Source: Gemmatimonadota bacterium (GTDB lineage Bacteria > Latescibacterota > UBA2968 > GCA-2709665). From it: 64,000 nt of DNA. Made by a program: the position numbers and the translations under genes. Positions 62,964 to 64,000 of the stretch are shown piece after piece. Each line of letters opens with the position of its first letter. The first letter of the stretch is position 1. Below the pieces are notes generated by a model that worked only from the letters and a program-made list of their open reading frames with translations, did not search any database and was not told the DNA's origin. The stretch covers positions 59,309-123,308 of the forward strand of contig JAPPJY010000058.1 of NCBI GenBank assembly GCA_028874335.1, given 5' to 3'.

Positions 62964-64000
62964 TCAGGACCAGCCGCGTACCATATACGCTTGCAGCGTG
63001 CCGCTTTCGTCTGAATTGAAGAACCCCGAACTTCCATCCGGCGCCAGGAAGGGATGGATATGGGTGTCCTTTCGCCATGAGGAACCGGGGCTCGCAACCC
63101 TTCTCGCGTTCGACAACGCGCCATCCTCCGCACCCGGAAGATCGAACAGCCAGACTGCGCCGCCCCCGTCACGCGGACCGGCATCCGTTATCAGGCGGCT
63201 TCCGGCGATGTCCGTGGCGAAATGGTAGAAGTCCGGTCCGCCGAAAGATCGGGACAGATCGCTCCGCCATCCACCGGGCGTCCCGGCGCCGAAATGGCCC
63301 GCGTGCGCCGCCGCGCGGCCGGAAATGAGCTGCCTTTCATCCGGCTTACGCGTGGACGTGCTGGTGATCGCAATATCGAACCGCCCCTGCCAGCACTGGT
63401 GCCCCTGGCAGAATTCGTTCCCGTCCCGCCCCCAGGGAAAGTCCCGGAGCGAGGTCCCGTCGTCCCGGATCAGATGGATATCCGCGCCCCGGCCGCCCGT
63501 GAGCTTCTCGATCCTGCCATCGGGGGACGCGACGTTGCCGTGGTTCTCCTGGATCATGATGTCGTGCGAGGCGTCCGCATCGGTCTGCCGGGTGTACTGT
63601 GGGTGGACATTGCACCAGGAGGGTCCATGAAAGACCAACCGCACGGATGGCTCGTCAACTTCGAAGACGAGCAGTCCCCACGGCGCGCCGTCGGTTCGGC
63701 CGTCCCCCAGAAATCCGGAGATCGCGATTCGCCTTCCGTCGGAAGAAATGGTCGAGAGCGGATACGGACGGCTGAGCCTGAAATCCGTGCCTGTAACGGG
63801 ATGGTCCAGTACGTAGATCACCTCGCGGTCCGACCCGTCCAGCCTCACCCGTTTGAGCGTGAACGGCCCCGGATTCGCGGGGTCGGTTTCGTCGACGAAG
63901 TAATAGAGCCAGTCTCCGTCGGGTGAAATGGAGGGCGCGGTCGTCCCCAATTCCATTGTGAGGGGCGCCAGCCGGCAGTGGTCCTCCAGGTCGCACACCA
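62964..64000 (-). CDS. TolB-like beta-propeller protein (oligogalacturonate-lyase-like); the N-terminus may lie beyond the right edge
   Basis: ...[17 protein letters not shown]...[15 protein letters not shown]...[26 protein letters not shown]. The frame is open to the window end. Confidence 0.55.
   Translation of the reverse strand, partial: VCDLEDHCRLAPLTMELGTTAPSISPDGDWLYYFVDETDPANPGPFTLKRVRLDGSDREVIYVLDHPVTGTDFRLSRPYPLSTISSDGRRIAISGFLGDGRTDGAPWGLLVFEVDEPSVRLVFHGPSWCNVHPQYTRQTDADASHDIMIQENHGNVASPDGRIEKLTGGRGADIHLIRDDGTSLRDFPWGRDGNEFCQGHQCWQGRFDIAITSTSTRKPDERQLISGRAAAHAGHFGAGTPGGWRSDLSRSFGGPDFYHFATDIAGSRLITDAGPRDGGGAVWLFDLPGAEDGALSNARRVASPGSSWRKDTHIHPFLAPDGSSGFFNSDESGTLQAYMVRGWS

Noticed and set aside
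1-64000. CRISPR arrays, rRNA genes, integrases/recombinases, prophage structural genes
   Set aside because: I looked for regularly spaced short direct repeats, rRNA-like conserved blocks, and integrase or phage motifs in the ORF translations, and found none. The only transposase-like gene is the RAYT.

Overview
GC-rich bacterial chromosomal window with about 55 protein genes, 2 tRNAs and no rRNA or CRISPR. It is probably from an uncultivated lineage. DUF4837, DUF502, a long GroES-like gene and ankyrin/FG-GAP proteins hint at an FCB-like or symbiont background, but this is not provable from sequence alone.

Most of the window is housekeeping or catabolic. It includes rhaA, aroQ, accD, a manC-like gene, a NUDIX gene, a LysR regulator, a TolC/CusB/CusA metal-efflux operon with an HMA chaperone and ferritin, an ABC exporter, a ThuA-domain protein and PhyH dioxygenases.

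The unusual part is 11.99-25.6 kb. One type I R-M system (hsdM, hsdS, hsdR, all on the minus strand) has been stretched to about 13.6 kb by nested toxin-antitoxin-like cassettes and a REP/RAYT system.
- HsdM reads without a stop into a complete PIN RNase domain, whose stop overlaps the start of a small gene. That gene belongs to a four-member paralogue array.
- Relic 3' ends of hsdM and hsdR lie downstream of the live genes. Each relic/live pair forms a direct repeat bracketing an inserted block.
- Three decaying tandem RHH-DUF433-DUF5615 cassettes sit between hsdS and hsdR. Every DUF5615 toxin is disabled, while all DUF433 genes are intact. The last RHH gene overlaps the hsdR start.
- A RAYT (Y1/HUH) transposase is wedged between the hsdM relic and hsdS. 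Seven copies of a 20-nt GC palindrome occur only in this island, some of them inside coding sequence.

Outside the island I also see a tandem ~195-nt repeat, a hairpin MITE-like element (2 copies) and a 25-nt inverted-repeat motif (3 loci). All family assignments come from reading motifs by eye; no database search was run.
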